Assembly: GCA_003290465.1 (NCBI GenBank)
Contig: CP030759.1
Coordinates: 1,988,572-2,052,571, forward strand
DNA length: 64,000 nucleotides
Source: Candidatus Sumerlaea chitinivorans
GTDB taxonomy: Bacteria; Sumerlaeota; Sumerlaeia; Sumerlaeales; Sumerlaeaceae
Direction: 5' to 3'
The translations under genes were made by a program, and so were the position numbers. Positions within the stretch are counted from its first letter, which is position 1. Every line of letters begins with the position of its first letter. The notes under the pieces are model-generated. The model was not told the DNA's origin, made no database searches, and saw only the letters and a program-made list of their open reading frames with translations. Shown piece by piece: positions 9,054 through 18,732 of this stretch.

Positions 9054-10805
9054 TTAAGAAGAGCTCAGCTTTTTCGCTTGGTTGCACAGTGGGGAAATCG
9101 CTTTTTCCCTAAGTGAATCCGTTCGAGCACCGGCATTCTTGTGAGGCCCCTCTTCTCGCGCGTGGATGAGTGAGCGCCAGTTGACCAATTTGTGCTTCAA
9201 ATGGCGCAATTGTTCGGAGAGCCATAGGAATTGGCGGAAACCACGTCGCGCTTTGATAAAGGTTAGTTCCTCCTCAAGCGCTCGAACCCGGTCTGCCAAC
9301 CGATGAACCTCTTGGAGATGGGTCTGGTTCAGGGCTTTCAGATCGCCAATCTCACGAGTCCACGCCTTCGCATGCGTTGCAAACCTCTCCAACAAACTGG
9401 GATCGCGCCTGAACTCAGCATTGTTCAACAAATATTCGGCATCCCCGTCCGAGAGCTCAACCGTCGAAGCAAGATGATAAAGCGAGTTCCAAAAACGATA
9501 CTGCTGAAAATCAACGGTCAACGGTAAGCCCCGTTCTTCCCGCATCCGAGATATTCCAAGATTCGGATAAAATGTTAACGCAACTAACTGCAGACCGTAG
9601 GGGCGCGGAATCGAACGCAACAAATGAAACGTCTCTATTCGATCTTCTTCCGACTCAAACGGGTTGTTTGAAATCAAGTCGTAAAACGGTCGAATTCCAG
9701 CCTTGTGGATATTTCGAGTCGCTTCCAAGAGCGTCTTATTCGAAACGCGCCGGTCAAAAATCTCGTTTGCAATTCGGTCGCTACCTGACTGCATACCCAT
9801 GACCACAAACTGCACATTGTTCTGCTTCAGTATCTCGAGCATTTCCGGCTTAGCGTAATTCGGGTGAGTGTAACACCAAAACGGCATCCCAATCCGCTCC
9901 CGATAATGCTCGAAAAACTCCTTCATCCGCTCCGGCCTTACCGTGAATATGTCGTCCTCGATCTCCAAAAAGAAGTGTCCCATCCGCGCTTTCGCCTCCT
10001 CCAACTCCCGCATCACGTGCGGGATTGAGCGAAAGCGCAGGCGCGTCGTGTCCGGCATCACTTCCTTCTGGAACGACAGCATGCAGAACGTGCAAACATA
10101 CGGACACCCACGCGTCGTCATGATCTTGAAACAGCTGTTCAACTGGCTACCAGCAAACGGACGGCTTTCAACCAACTCATCATCTTCGAGGTAGTACACC
10201 CCCTCGTTCCCAAAATACGTAAACGGCAACGTATCCAAGTCCTTGATCACGGGACTCACAGGCTGGCGATGAATACTCCCGTTCTCTCGCCAAACAATGT
10301 TGGGCACCTGCCGCCAGTCCTTCCCATGGTGAAGCGCATGCGCCAATTCCACCATCGGAACATCGCACTCCCCCACAAACGCCATGTCGCAATGCTCCGA
10401 CGAGGAGACCGGGTCCAGCGTCACGTGCGGCCCACCCCAACCAACCAGCGTCCCCGGCAACGTCTCGCGGATCAGTCGCGTCACCTCAATCGCCCTCGGC
10501 ACGAACGCCGAGTAAACACTCAAACCCACAAACTGCGGCCGCAGCTTCCTCAGCAAACCTGTGAACAACTCCCGCTCACATTCCGAAAGTGGACTAGGAT
10601 AGCAAACCACATGCCTTTTTCCCGTTGGCGGAAGTTCAATTTGCCAGTAGGGATACCAGTCTTCGTCGGGGCTTAGGTCTTTTCTGGACAATCTCTTCAA
10701 ACAAAGGAGCCACGCATCGTGCCCTGCATCACGCAGCTCCGAAAGCATCTGGCGGACACCGAGGTTGAATTCGTTGTATAAAGCTACGAATAGAATGCCT
10801 GCCAT
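9054..10805 (-). CDS. B12-binding (class B) radical SAM protein, paralog 2. It is a tandem duplicate of 6966..8702.
   Basis: 583 aa. It is nearly identical to paralog 1 over ~500 aa, including the same CPYVCTFC motif. The two diverge at residues ~35-70 and at the extreme C-terminus. Confidence 0.8.
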   Translation of the reverse strand: MAGILFVALYNEFNLGVRQMLSELRDAGHDAWLLCLKRLSRKDLSPDEDWYPYWQIELPPTGKRHVVCYPSPLSECERELFTGLLRKLRPQFVGLSVYSAFVPRAIEVTRLIRETLPGTLVGWGGPHVTLDPVSSSEHCDMAFVGECDVPMVELAHALHHGKDWRQVPNIVWRENGSIHRQPVSPVIKDLDTLPFTYFGNEGVYYLEDDELVESRPFAGSQLNSCFKIMTTRGCPYVCTFCMLSFQKEVMPDTTRLRFRSIPHVMRELEEAKARMGHFFLEIEDDIFTVRPERMKEFFEHYRERIGMPFWCYTHPNYAKPEMLEILKQNNVQFVVMGMQSGSDRIANEIFDRRVSNKTLLEATRNIHKAGIRPFYDLISNNPFESEEDRIETFHLLRSIPRPYGLQLVALTFYPNLGISRMREERGLPLTVDFQQYRFWNSLYHLASTVELSDGDAEYLLNNAEFRRDPSLLERFATHAKAWTREIGDLKALNQTHLQEVHRLADRVRALEEELTFIKARRGFRQFLWLSEQLRHLKHKLVNWRSLIHAREEGPHKNAGARTDSLREKAISPLCNQAKKLSSS

Positions 10806-10933
10806 TTTCTTTACCCCATCAGTTCTTTAAGAGCATCCGTTGTATCGGGCGTTTGCTCATTACAGTCTGGACGAAGCAAAAGCATTCAATGCTGATAGTG
10901 GAACAAACTTAGTACCCTTTGTTGGGGTTCCGC

Positions 10934-10973
10934 AACAAAAAAGAGGGGCGGAAAGGGTCTTCCCCTTTCCGCC
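10934..10973 (-). terminator. Rho-independent terminator downstream of the 625-aa secreted-protein gene
   Basis: On the plus strand the sequence is aaaaaagaGGGGCGGAAAGGGtcttCCCCTTTCCGCCC. This is a perfect ~13-bp GC-rich stem with a 4-nt loop, followed on the minus strand by a U-tract (tcttttttg), immediately after the stop at 10999. Confidence 0.8.
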
Positions 10974-10998
10974 CAAAGAAGGCGCTATCGAAGTCCAA

Positions 10999-12876
10999 TC
11001 ATTCAGGCTCACTGGACTCGAACAGCTTCACGGTGTCCACCGTGTACAGCAACGCTTCGTCGTTCTGATCGGTGCCATAGCTCAGCGTGTCAACACCACC
11101 AAAGCCAATCTTGATGTTGCGGCGAGCAATCGGTGTGCTCGGGCTCGTCCACAACGACTGATTGCTCTGGATCTCTGGGTTGACCGGCGAGCTCATCAGC
11201 ACCGTGTACCAGCACCCATTCTCACCCGGGACTTGTTTGTCGGAGTTCTGGTTGCCAACACCGGGCAGATGCTGCGCCGCCAACGCTCGAGCCTCTGTGC
11301 CGGGCAACGCCCGCGCACCACCAACCTCGTACAACACGTTGTACAGGTAGGCGCCGCTACGCAGGAACAGACGCATCTGTGCCTGCGCGTTCGAGTTCCG
11401 CGTGGACGTCACGTGGAAGCGTGCCTGGTACAGCTTGCCACTGGCGACCTGTACGGCCTGACTACCGAGCTCCATGTAGAACTCGATGATACCGATCCGC
11501 TTCGTGGAGCCACTCTGACTGAACGCGGAGTTCGTCGAGTCAATGGTCACACCACTTGCGGACTGACTGTAATCAGGTCGCGTAGCAAAGTCCTGAGCTG
11601 GCACCTGTCCGGGCTGCTCAGAACCCGTGAAGACGACGCTGTAACGGTCAAGTTCACCCGCAGAGCTGAGCGTGATTTGCGAGCCAGTGAACGAGCTTAC
11701 CTCCGTGCCAAGCACCGCTGGATACGTTCCAACGACCAGTTCGGTCAAGGCAACGTAACCATTAGCGGCTGGGTCGTTCGCCGACGAATAGGCAGCGAAG
11801 TACGCCAAGATGCCTTCGCTCGACGGATTGTTCACGTTCTGCGGAACTTCCGGCGGATCGAAGTCAACCCGGTACACCGACGGAGCAGCCGGGTTGTTGC
11901 TCGGCGCGATCTGTGCACCAAGTGACTCGAAGTCACTCTGTCCCGGCACATGGCTCCACACCTCCAGGGTGCTTGCAATCACGAAGCGCTGCATGAGGCG
12001 CATGCGGATTGCGGGCATGACATTCGCCTGGGCCGGCGACTGGCCGGTCCGGTACACGTAGAACTTGCCGCGTACCCAGTTGTTGGAACCAACTGCGCCG
12101 TACGAGACGATCGGAGCGCCACTCGTGTACCAGCTTGCGATGCGGTAGTAACCTGTCGCTGCGGTGTTCACACGGCTCCGAATCGCGCCATTAGCGCTGT
12201 CATAGTCGTTCAACGAGCCAGTACCGACAGTCGTATCTGTCGTCCACGCGGTCGGGCTCACACTGAACGGCTCGTCATACACTTGCGTGAACTGCGAGCC
12301 GCCGCTCAGCGCGTCGTACTGGTTGTCGCGCGTGGCAACGAGGATGGACTTTGAGGCTACGTTCGTGCCGTCAGAGACGTAGAAGGTGACGACTTTGCCG
12401 GCAGCGTGGTCGGACTTATCAGGTCCGGTTGGCGCAGGGAATTGCTGCGCAGGACCCGAACCCGGAGAGAAGATGATGTCGCGGAAGCTTGCAAACTGGC
12501 TGACGGAACGCAGCTCGTTCGCAGGCGCCGGCGGATTGTGGCCGGTGTTTCCGCTGGTGGCAATTTCAGACGATCCAAGGTGAACCGCCTGCTTGCCATT
12601 GATCGTGAACCAGCGCTGGTTCGGAGCCACCGCGTCATCACCCTCGTCGAAGCTCCATTGGAGCGACGCCTTCGGGGTGTCCAAATCCGACACAAAATTG
12701 TCGAAATTGAACGCATTCGTGAACACGAAGAAGTTGTTGTCCGTGCCCACGTTATCCTCCGCGTCACCAATGATGACGTCGGGGATATTGCTGATGACAG
12801 GGGCGGCCGCGAACGCATTCGCGCCGACAAAGGTCACACTTGTCAGTAAAAGGCCTGCAAGGAGTCCTTTCTTCAT
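10999..12876 (-). CDS. Large secreted protein, 625 aa, with a signal peptide. It is rich in Ser/Thr/Gly/Asn/Gln, has no recognisable family, and may be a surface or S-layer-like protein.
   Basis: It starts MKKGLLAGLLLTSVTFVGANAFAAAP, a signal peptide. The protein is long and low in charged residues, as expected for a beta-rich protein. The gene has its own terminator and a very long upstream non-coding region. Confidence 0.6.
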   Translation of the reverse strand: MKKGLLAGLLLTSVTFVGANAFAAAPVISNIPDVIIGDAEDNVGTDNNFFVFTNAFNFDNFVSDLDTPKASLQWSFDEGDDAVAPNQRWFTINGKQAVHLGSSEIATSGNTGHNPPAPANELRSVSQFASFRDIIFSPGSGPAQQFPAPTGPDKSDHAAGKVVTFYVSDGTNVASKSILVATRDNQYDALSGGSQFTQVYDEPFSVSPTAWTTDTTVGTGSLNDYDSANGAIRSRVNTAATGYYRIASWYTSGAPIVSYGAVGSNNWVRGKFYVYRTGQSPAQANVMPAIRMRLMQRFVIASTLEVWSHVPGQSDFESLGAQIAPSNNPAAPSVYRVDFDPPEVPQNVNNPSSEGILAYFAAYSSANDPAANGYVALTELVVGTYPAVLGTEVSSFTGSQITLSSAGELDRYSVVFTGSEQPGQVPAQDFATRPDYSQSASGVTIDSTNSAFSQSGSTKRIGIIEFYMELGSQAVQVASGKLYQARFHVTSTRNSNAQAQMRLFLRSGAYLYNVLYEVGGARALPGTEARALAAQHLPGVGNQNSDKQVPGENGCWYTVLMSSPVNPEIQSNQSLWTSPSTPIARRNIKIGFGGVDTLSYGTDQNDEALLYTVDTVKLFESSEPE

Positions 12877-14342
12877 TAGAACTTCAACCCTCCCTTCTCT
12901 TTCGATAATGGGCGCCGGGTCATTTGGCGACCCGACTTACTACTTCATTATGCATTTCTCTGACGGGTTGACGTCCTCCTTAAGAATCCTTGCAATTTTA
13001 GAGATGACACTGGAACCGCCTGCCACTTAACTTACGCACGAGCTCTCAACATCATTCATCATCATTTCTGCAGTTCCATAGCTTTGGCAGAAACCACTTC
13101 CAGCGTTCAACTCCATTCCTATGTAGTAGTGGCTGCGGGCGTCAACAAAAAAATGCATCCCGGAGACATTTCATTTTGGTGTCACTTTTTCCGAGTATCC
13201 GCCTTTCGCAGAAAGGTTTGTCTCCCCTCTCCCATCACCGTCGGACCACATCTCTCTCTGCGGGCTCTAAGAAGGCATCAGGGGCAGAAGTTGTTTTTGC
13301 GATGCTGCAAGGGATCCACGCGTTCCTATCGTAACTTAAGGTTCCCCCTATTGACACAGAACCTTGCAGGGAAAGAACTTCCCAATCGGGCGAATATCCA
13401 TCTACACTCCGCTAATGAAGTCACTCGGGACAACTTCAGGCAGGATAATTACCCCGAGGTTTGGAAAAATCCGCGGGACCGAGACTTGCAGCGTTCTGTA
13501 GCAACCCTGCAATTCTATCCTGAGCCGTGGAATCCACGGGGGGAGGGCCTTATACGGGCATCAATGCCTGCATCCACACCCAAAAGCCTACTTGCGAGCT
13601 CCGCACTACGCTAAACAGGCACATAGGCAGACAGTAGCCATCTCAAATGCTGGGATTCCGCTTCTGGAACGCAACTTTGGCGTAGCTCTTGCCAAACCAA
13701 ATAAATGAGAAGACCACGTACTCTCCTTGCGAACCTATCCAAATCTCCCATCCTCTCCCCACGTTTGTGCGCGACTCGTCTCGAAACCTTTGCTGCGCCC
13801 GCATTTCTCCTACTACCGGCGTACCCCATGACTCGTCTGGTCTCGCTAATCGCCCATCGGAAGACGCGGAAAGGTGCCCACTTTACTCGTCCCCCCGGTC
13901 CATCCGTATTCCTGATGCTTCCAGATTCTTAATCAACTCCTGTACAAATGAGTTTGGGTCTCCAAAAATGCGAAAGGCGAATGGGCACCGAGCTTCATCA
14001 GTCCTATGCTTGACACTTACCGATGATTCCTTTCTCTGCGTTAAGCCATCCTGTCATTTTGCAATATTGATAACAATTTGTCACCCCAACATCATTGCAG
14101 CTTCCAGTATACTGTTTCTTGCATGGTTCACCGGTCGATGCATACGTCGAGCGAGTGAGACCCCCAATTTAGCCCGTCAGGCCAACGCCCCTTGTTCCGC
14201 AAACCGAAGCTTGCCTTTTCCGGATCGAATAGAATACTTTTCCGGTGTGGAATGCACTAAATGTTAGCAGTGCAGCAGGTGCCCCGCCGGCTGTCCGGCG
14301 TCACGAAGAGCGCCGCTTGATTGACGGAGAACGAAGGATTTC
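12877..14342. promoter_or_regulatory. 1.46-kb non-coding divergent region of reduced GC (~50%), lying between the secreted-protein gene (-) and ftsH (+)
   Basis: No ORF in it has protein-like composition; the 176-aa and 192-aa ORFs are Cys/Ser/Pro-rich low-complexity. Its GC content is visibly lower than the flanking coding DNA. Confidence 0.55.
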
Positions 14343-16280
14343 ATGAACGGTTTGAGATCTGCATCCCTTTGGATTATCATCTTTCTCGTCTTCATTTTGA
14401 TGTTCATCCAATTTAGCGAGAAAGAACCGCCCAAAAAGCTTGATGCAACAAAGGTCATTGAACTTGCCAAGCAGAAGAAACTCATCGAGGTTGTGGACAA
14501 AGGGGGGAAGCTGGTTGGCCAATACCGCGAGGCTGGCGACGCGAAGGTCAACTTTACAAGCCAATACCTGCCGGGTCAGGAGTCGTTTATTCTGCAGGTG
14601 ATGACGGAGAATAACGTCCGCTACGTCGCAGACCCGACCTCTCCGTTCCTCTCGCAGTTTTTCTTCTCTCTGCTGCTGCCCTTCGCGGTGATCATGGGTT
14701 TGTGGTATATCATCATGCGACAGATTCAGGGCAGTGGCAATAAAGCCCTGAGTTTCGGTAAGAGCCGAGCCAAGCTGATCACGGAGGGGCAAACAAAAGT
14801 CACGTTCGAAGACGTGGCGGGCGTGGACGAAGCAAAAGAGGAGCTCAAAGAAATCGTCGAGTTTCTTAAGGATCCGCAAAAGTTCTCGCGCCTCGGCGGC
14901 AAAATTCCAAAGGGGGTCCTATTGGTTGGCCCGCCCGGTACGGGAAAGACCCTTCTCGCGAAAGCGGTGGCTGGTGAAGCCAACGTGCCCTTCTTTGCGA
15001 TTTCTGGCTCCGACTTCGTCGAGATGTTCGTCGGCGTGGGTGCCAGCCGCGTTCGCGACCTTTTCGAGCAGGCCAAGAAGCACAAGCCATGCCTCGTCTT
15101 CATTGACGAGATTGACGCGGTGGGGCGTCACCGCTTTGCCGGGATCGGAGGGGGGCACGACGAGCGCGAGCAGACCCTCAACCAATTGCTCGTCGAGATG
15201 GATGGCTTCAACTCGAACGAAGGCATCATTCTCATCGCGGCGACAAACCGTCCGGACGTGCTCGATCCAGCGCTTCTGCGGCCGGGCCGCTTTGACCGAC
15301 AGATTACCGTGGACTACCCCGACTTAGTGGGTCGCGAGAAGATCCTCAAAGTTCACGCTCGCAACGTCAAGCTGGCCAAGGACGTGGACCTTAGCAAAAT
15401 CGCCAAAGCGACGCCGGGCTTCTCGGGCGCGGACCTTGCCAACATCATTAACGAAGCCGCCCTCCTTGCAGCGCGCCGCAATAAACAAGAAATCACCATG
15501 GCGGAACTTGAAGAGGCAAAAGATCGGGTCATGCTCGGCCCCGAGCGCCGTAGTCTCGTGCTGACGGAAAATGAGAAGCGGCTGACGGCCTACCACGAAG
15601 CAGGGCACGCAGTGGCCGGCAAGCTCGTCCAAACGGATGAGGAGGTGCATAAGGTCACCATCATCCCGCGCGGCCGCGCGCTTGGCATCACGAGCTTTCT
15701 GCCGGGCGAAGAACGTTTCACCCAATTCAAGAGCAAGCTCAAGGATCGTCTTGTTTACATGCTGGGGGGGCGTGCCGCTGAGGAACTTATTTTCGGAGAC
15801 TTTACCACCGGTGCTGGCAATGACTTACAACGCGTTACCCAGATTGCGCGCCGCATGGTTTGCGAGTTTGGGATGAGCGAGGTGCTCGGACCCCGCACCT
15901 TTGGCGAGGGGCATGCACCGATTTTCCTCGGTCGCGACTACGGCATGATGGAGCGCGACTACAGCGAAGCTACGGCAAGCTTGATTGACCAAGAGATCAA
16001 GCGCATCGTGGACGAAGCCTATGCGCGAGCAAAGGATTTGCTGACCCAGCACAAAGACGCGCTCATTCGGGTTGCGGAGGCACTCATCGAGCGCGAAACG
16101 ATTGATGGCACTGAGCTGGAAATGCTTTTGCGCGGTGAGCCCCTCCCACCACGCACGCCCCCAGAGGACACACCACCTGCACCCGCCGAAACTCAAAATG
16201 AGACAGCAGAAGCCAAAGCGCGGGAGCGGCGGATTTTCGGGCAATCCATTCTTGATCGGCCAAGCGAAGCGCCAAGCTGA
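14343..16280 (+). CDS. ftsH: ATP-dependent zinc metalloprotease FtsH
   Basis: 645 aa. It has an N-terminal TM segment, Walker A GPPGTGKT, the second-region-of-homology motif, and the HEAGHA zinc site. Confidence 0.95.
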   Translation: MNGLRSASLWIIIFLVFILMFIQFSEKEPPKKLDATKVIELAKQKKLIEVVDKGGKLVGQYREAGDAKVNFTSQYLPGQESFILQVMTENNVRYVADPTSPFLSQFFFSLLLPFAVIMGLWYIIMRQIQGSGNKALSFGKSRAKLITEGQTKVTFEDVAGVDEAKEELKEIVEFLKDPQKFSRLGGKIPKGVLLVGPPGTGKTLLAKAVAGEANVPFFAISGSDFVEMFVGVGASRVRDLFEQAKKHKPCLVFIDEIDAVGRHRFAGIGGGHDEREQTLNQLLVEMDGFNSNEGIILIAATNRPDVLDPALLRPGRFDRQITVDYPDLVGREKILKVHARNVKLAKDVDLSKIAKATPGFSGADLANIINEAALLAARRNKQEITMAELEEAKDRVMLGPERRSLVLTENEKRLTAYHEAGHAVAGKLVQTDEEVHKVTIIPRGRALGITSFLPGEERFTQFKSKLKDRLVYMLGGRAAEELIFGDFTTGAGNDLQRVTQIARRMVCEFGMSEVLGPRTFGEGHAPIFLGRDYGMMERDYSEATASLIDQEIKRIVDEAYARAKDLLTQHKDALIRVAEALIERETIDGTELEMLLRGEPLPPRTPPEDTPPAPAETQNETAEAKARERRIFGQSILDRPSEAPS

Positions 16281-16674
16281 GATCAAACTAAGGATTTGGC
16301 CGGGAGTGGCAAATTCGCACGCAATGCCCGGAGAGTTCGGTCTCGCGTTCCAAGTCTGAGATGTGCCCTCGCGCAGCTCATCGCTCCGGGGTAATAAACT
16401 CCCAAACCAACTCGCGCTCTCTTTTGCAAACCCTAGTCCAAAATCACACACTGTTTGCCTCAGCGAACAACGGCGTGAGTTGGATCAAACGCGTAACGGC
16501 GCCGCTTAGGCTTGGCCACGAATCGCCTGACAATCAGTCATGAGGAAGGACAACAGAAGCTCACGCAACCTCTAAACCACAAGCCTCCGAGGCTGCAAAG
16601 GCGCGCTGCTGGGAATCCGACCCGCCAAAACGCTTGCGGCGCACCTACGCATTGCGCCCTCCCAACCGGTTCCC

Positions 16675-18231
16675 TTAGTCGACGCGGTAATGAGCTCCGT
16701 AGGACTTACGGTTTTCTAACGCCGCAAAGAGCACAGCGAGCGCCGCTTGTGCTCCGTTTCGCAGTCCGATAATGTCATCGGAGAGCCGTGCACGCTCATA
16801 GAAGTACTCGATCTCCACCTGCAATTCCCGAAGGATGCTGCGGGCTCGCTTCATGCGTTTCGTGGTGCGGATGAGGCCCACGTAGTTCCACATCGTGTAC
16901 TTGATCGTCAGCCAATCCTGAAAGATGAGGGCTGGGTCGACGGGCTCGTTTTCGTATCGCCAAGGTTCGATCTCGGGGAAGAAGTAGTTCTCACGGCCGT
17001 TTTGCTGAATTTCCTCCGCAATGGATTTCGCAGCCTCAATCCCCCACACCAACCCCTCAAGCAGCGAGGTGCTGGCAAGGCGATTCGCGCCATGGACTCC
17101 GGTGCAGGAGACTTCTCCGACCGCCCGGAGGCGCCGGATCGACGAGCGCCCTTGGAGGTCCACCGCTACACCGCCGCACGAGTAATGCGCCGCAGGCACC
17201 ACCGGGATTGGCTCCTTTGTCATGTCGATCCCCACGCTCAGGCATTTGGCGTAAATGTTGGGGAAACGCCGTCGAATCCAGTCGGGGTCCTTTTGTGTGA
17301 TGTCGAGATAGACGCACGGTTCCTGATGCTCGAGCATGACCGTGTGAATGGCGCGAGCCACCACATCACGCGGTGCCAGCGAGCCGAGGGGATGAAACCT
17401 CTCCATGAAGGATTCGCCATTGCGACGGATCAACACGCCTCCCTCGCCGCGTACCGATTCACTGATTAGGAAGCGCTCGTCGCCGTGATAAAGCGCCGTC
17501 GGATGGAACTGGACGTACTCAAGATTGAGCAGACGGGCTCCGGCACGATAGGCCATCGCGATTCCATCGCCACGCGCTCCCTTAGGATTCGTCGTGTGCA
17601 GGAAAAGCTGCCCCAAGCCACCCGTCGCAAGGATGGTCTCTCGGGCGAGGAGCGTTTCGACCACTCCCTTATCCTGCAAGAACACGTAGGCGCCTACGCA
17701 AGTCGGCGGATGGTAACAATCGGAAGGGTTCGTGGAGTGGTGCGAAAGCGTGAGGAGGTCAATCGCCGTTGCGTTTGGAATAACAGTGATGTTCGGCTTA
17801 CTCAGCACTGCCTCGACCAACCGTTCCTCAATGGCGCGTCCGGTGAGGTCGGCCACGTGGATAATGCGGCGTACCGAGTGCGCCCCCTCCTCGGTGATGT
17901 CCAGCATGTCATTCGGTCCACGGTCGAATGCCACACCGAGTTTTTCAATCAGGAAGCTTTCGACGTAATGTGGACCGAGGCGAGCAAGTTGCCGGATTGC
18001 CTCGCGATTGCCGATGCCAGCCCCAGCCCGAAGAATGTCTTCTTCAAGAAGCTCAGGCGAATCACCTTCGCCCTTATAAATAATGCCGCCCTGAGCCCAC
18101 GACGTTGCCGTGCACTCTGCCAGCGAAGGCGCCTTGGTGACGAGCGCCACCTCCAAGCCACCTTCAGCGGCCGTGAGGGCAGCAGCGCATCCTGCTATTC
18201 CCGAGCCCAAAACGAGCACATCAACTATCAT
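16675..18231 (-). CDS. nadB: L-aspartate oxidase
   Basis: 518 aa. It starts DVLVLGSGIAGCAAAL (FAD-binding) and has the succinate dehydrogenase/fumarate reductase flavoprotein fold motifs RGEGG and HYSCGG. Confidence 0.9.
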   Translation of the reverse strand: MIVDVLVLGSGIAGCAAALTAAEGGLEVALVTKAPSLAECTATSWAQGGIIYKGEGDSPELLEEDILRAGAGIGNREAIRQLARLGPHYVESFLIEKLGVAFDRGPNDMLDITEEGAHSVRRIIHVADLTGRAIEERLVEAVLSKPNITVIPNATAIDLLTLSHHSTNPSDCYHPPTCVGAYVFLQDKGVVETLLARETILATGGLGQLFLHTTNPKGARGDGIAMAYRAGARLLNLEYVQFHPTALYHGDERFLISESVRGEGGVLIRRNGESFMERFHPLGSLAPRDVVARAIHTVMLEHQEPCVYLDITQKDPDWIRRRFPNIYAKCLSVGIDMTKEPIPVVPAAHYSCGGVAVDLQGRSSIRRLRAVGEVSCTGVHGANRLASTSLLEGLVWGIEAAKSIAEEIQQNGRENYFFPEIEPWRYENEPVDPALIFQDWLTIKYTMWNYVGLIRTTKRMKRARSILRELQVEIEYFYERARLSDDIIGLRNGAQAALAVLFAALENRKSYGAHYRVD

Positions 18232-18388
18232 GCGTGAAATTTCCTAAGAACTGGTTTTTGTATTCACCCACACGTGGTCACGTAACAAGGATTGGCGCCT
18301 CTTGCATGCATCTGCTTGCCGGGAAGCGCCACCGAGAAGCACGGCACTTCGCATTTCGCGACTAACGCGCACGCCTACTCACTTGGTG

Positions 18389-18640
18389 TCACTTAGTCAC
18401 TGTGATTTCAGCCTCTGATTTTGCCGGCTTGGTCGCGAAAGCGCCCTTTGCAGAGGGTTTTTCGTAGTAGGGTCCACCGGGTGGGAGCTCATATTCGCGC
18501 CGTAACTCTGGGCAAGCCCGTTGGGCTGGGGTCTTGAACGTGTGTTGCCACACGGCATTTTCCCGGATACATCCGCGGCAGCCCGAAAACATGGCGATGA
18601 GAGCCACGAGCCCCACCATCGTGATCAAGCGTTTGCGCAT
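18389..18640 (-). CDS. Small putative lipoprotein
   Basis: 83 aa. It starts MRKRLITMVGLVALIAMFSGC, which reads as a lipobox with Cys. Confidence 0.4.
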   Translation of the reverse strand: MRKRLITMVGLVALIAMFSGCRGCIRENAVWQHTFKTPAQRACPELRREYELPPGGPYYEKPSAKGAFATKPAKSEAEITVTK

Positions 18641-18732
18641 TGCTTATCTCCTCGAACCTCGCTGCTCACATTCGTCCGCAGACAAGGAATTGTCGTCAAA
18701 TAAAAAGCCTTTGTTTCCGCAGGTCGCGATTG

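Larger units (their letters stand above)
6966..10805 (-). repeat. Tandem direct duplication (~1.75 kb unit) comprising the two radical-SAM genes
   Basis: The two ORFs share long stretches of identical DNA, for example ccgatgaacctc(c/t)tggagatgggtctggttcagggc and the segment ggcatcacttcctt. Confidence 0.8.

Noticed and set aside
10840-11925. 361-aa ORF on the plus strand
   Set aside because: It is entirely antisense to the 625-aa secreted-protein gene. Its Arg/Ala/Val-rich composition is typical of spurious antisense frames in high-GC DNA.
13084-14267. 176-aa and 192-aa ORFs in the low-GC island
   Set aside because: They are Cys/Ser/Pro/Arg-rich low-complexity translations with no start context. 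The region is better explained as non-coding.
17485-18237. 250-aa plus-strand ORF inside nadB
   Set aside because: It is antisense to L-aspartate oxidase, which has unambiguous FAD-binding motifs.
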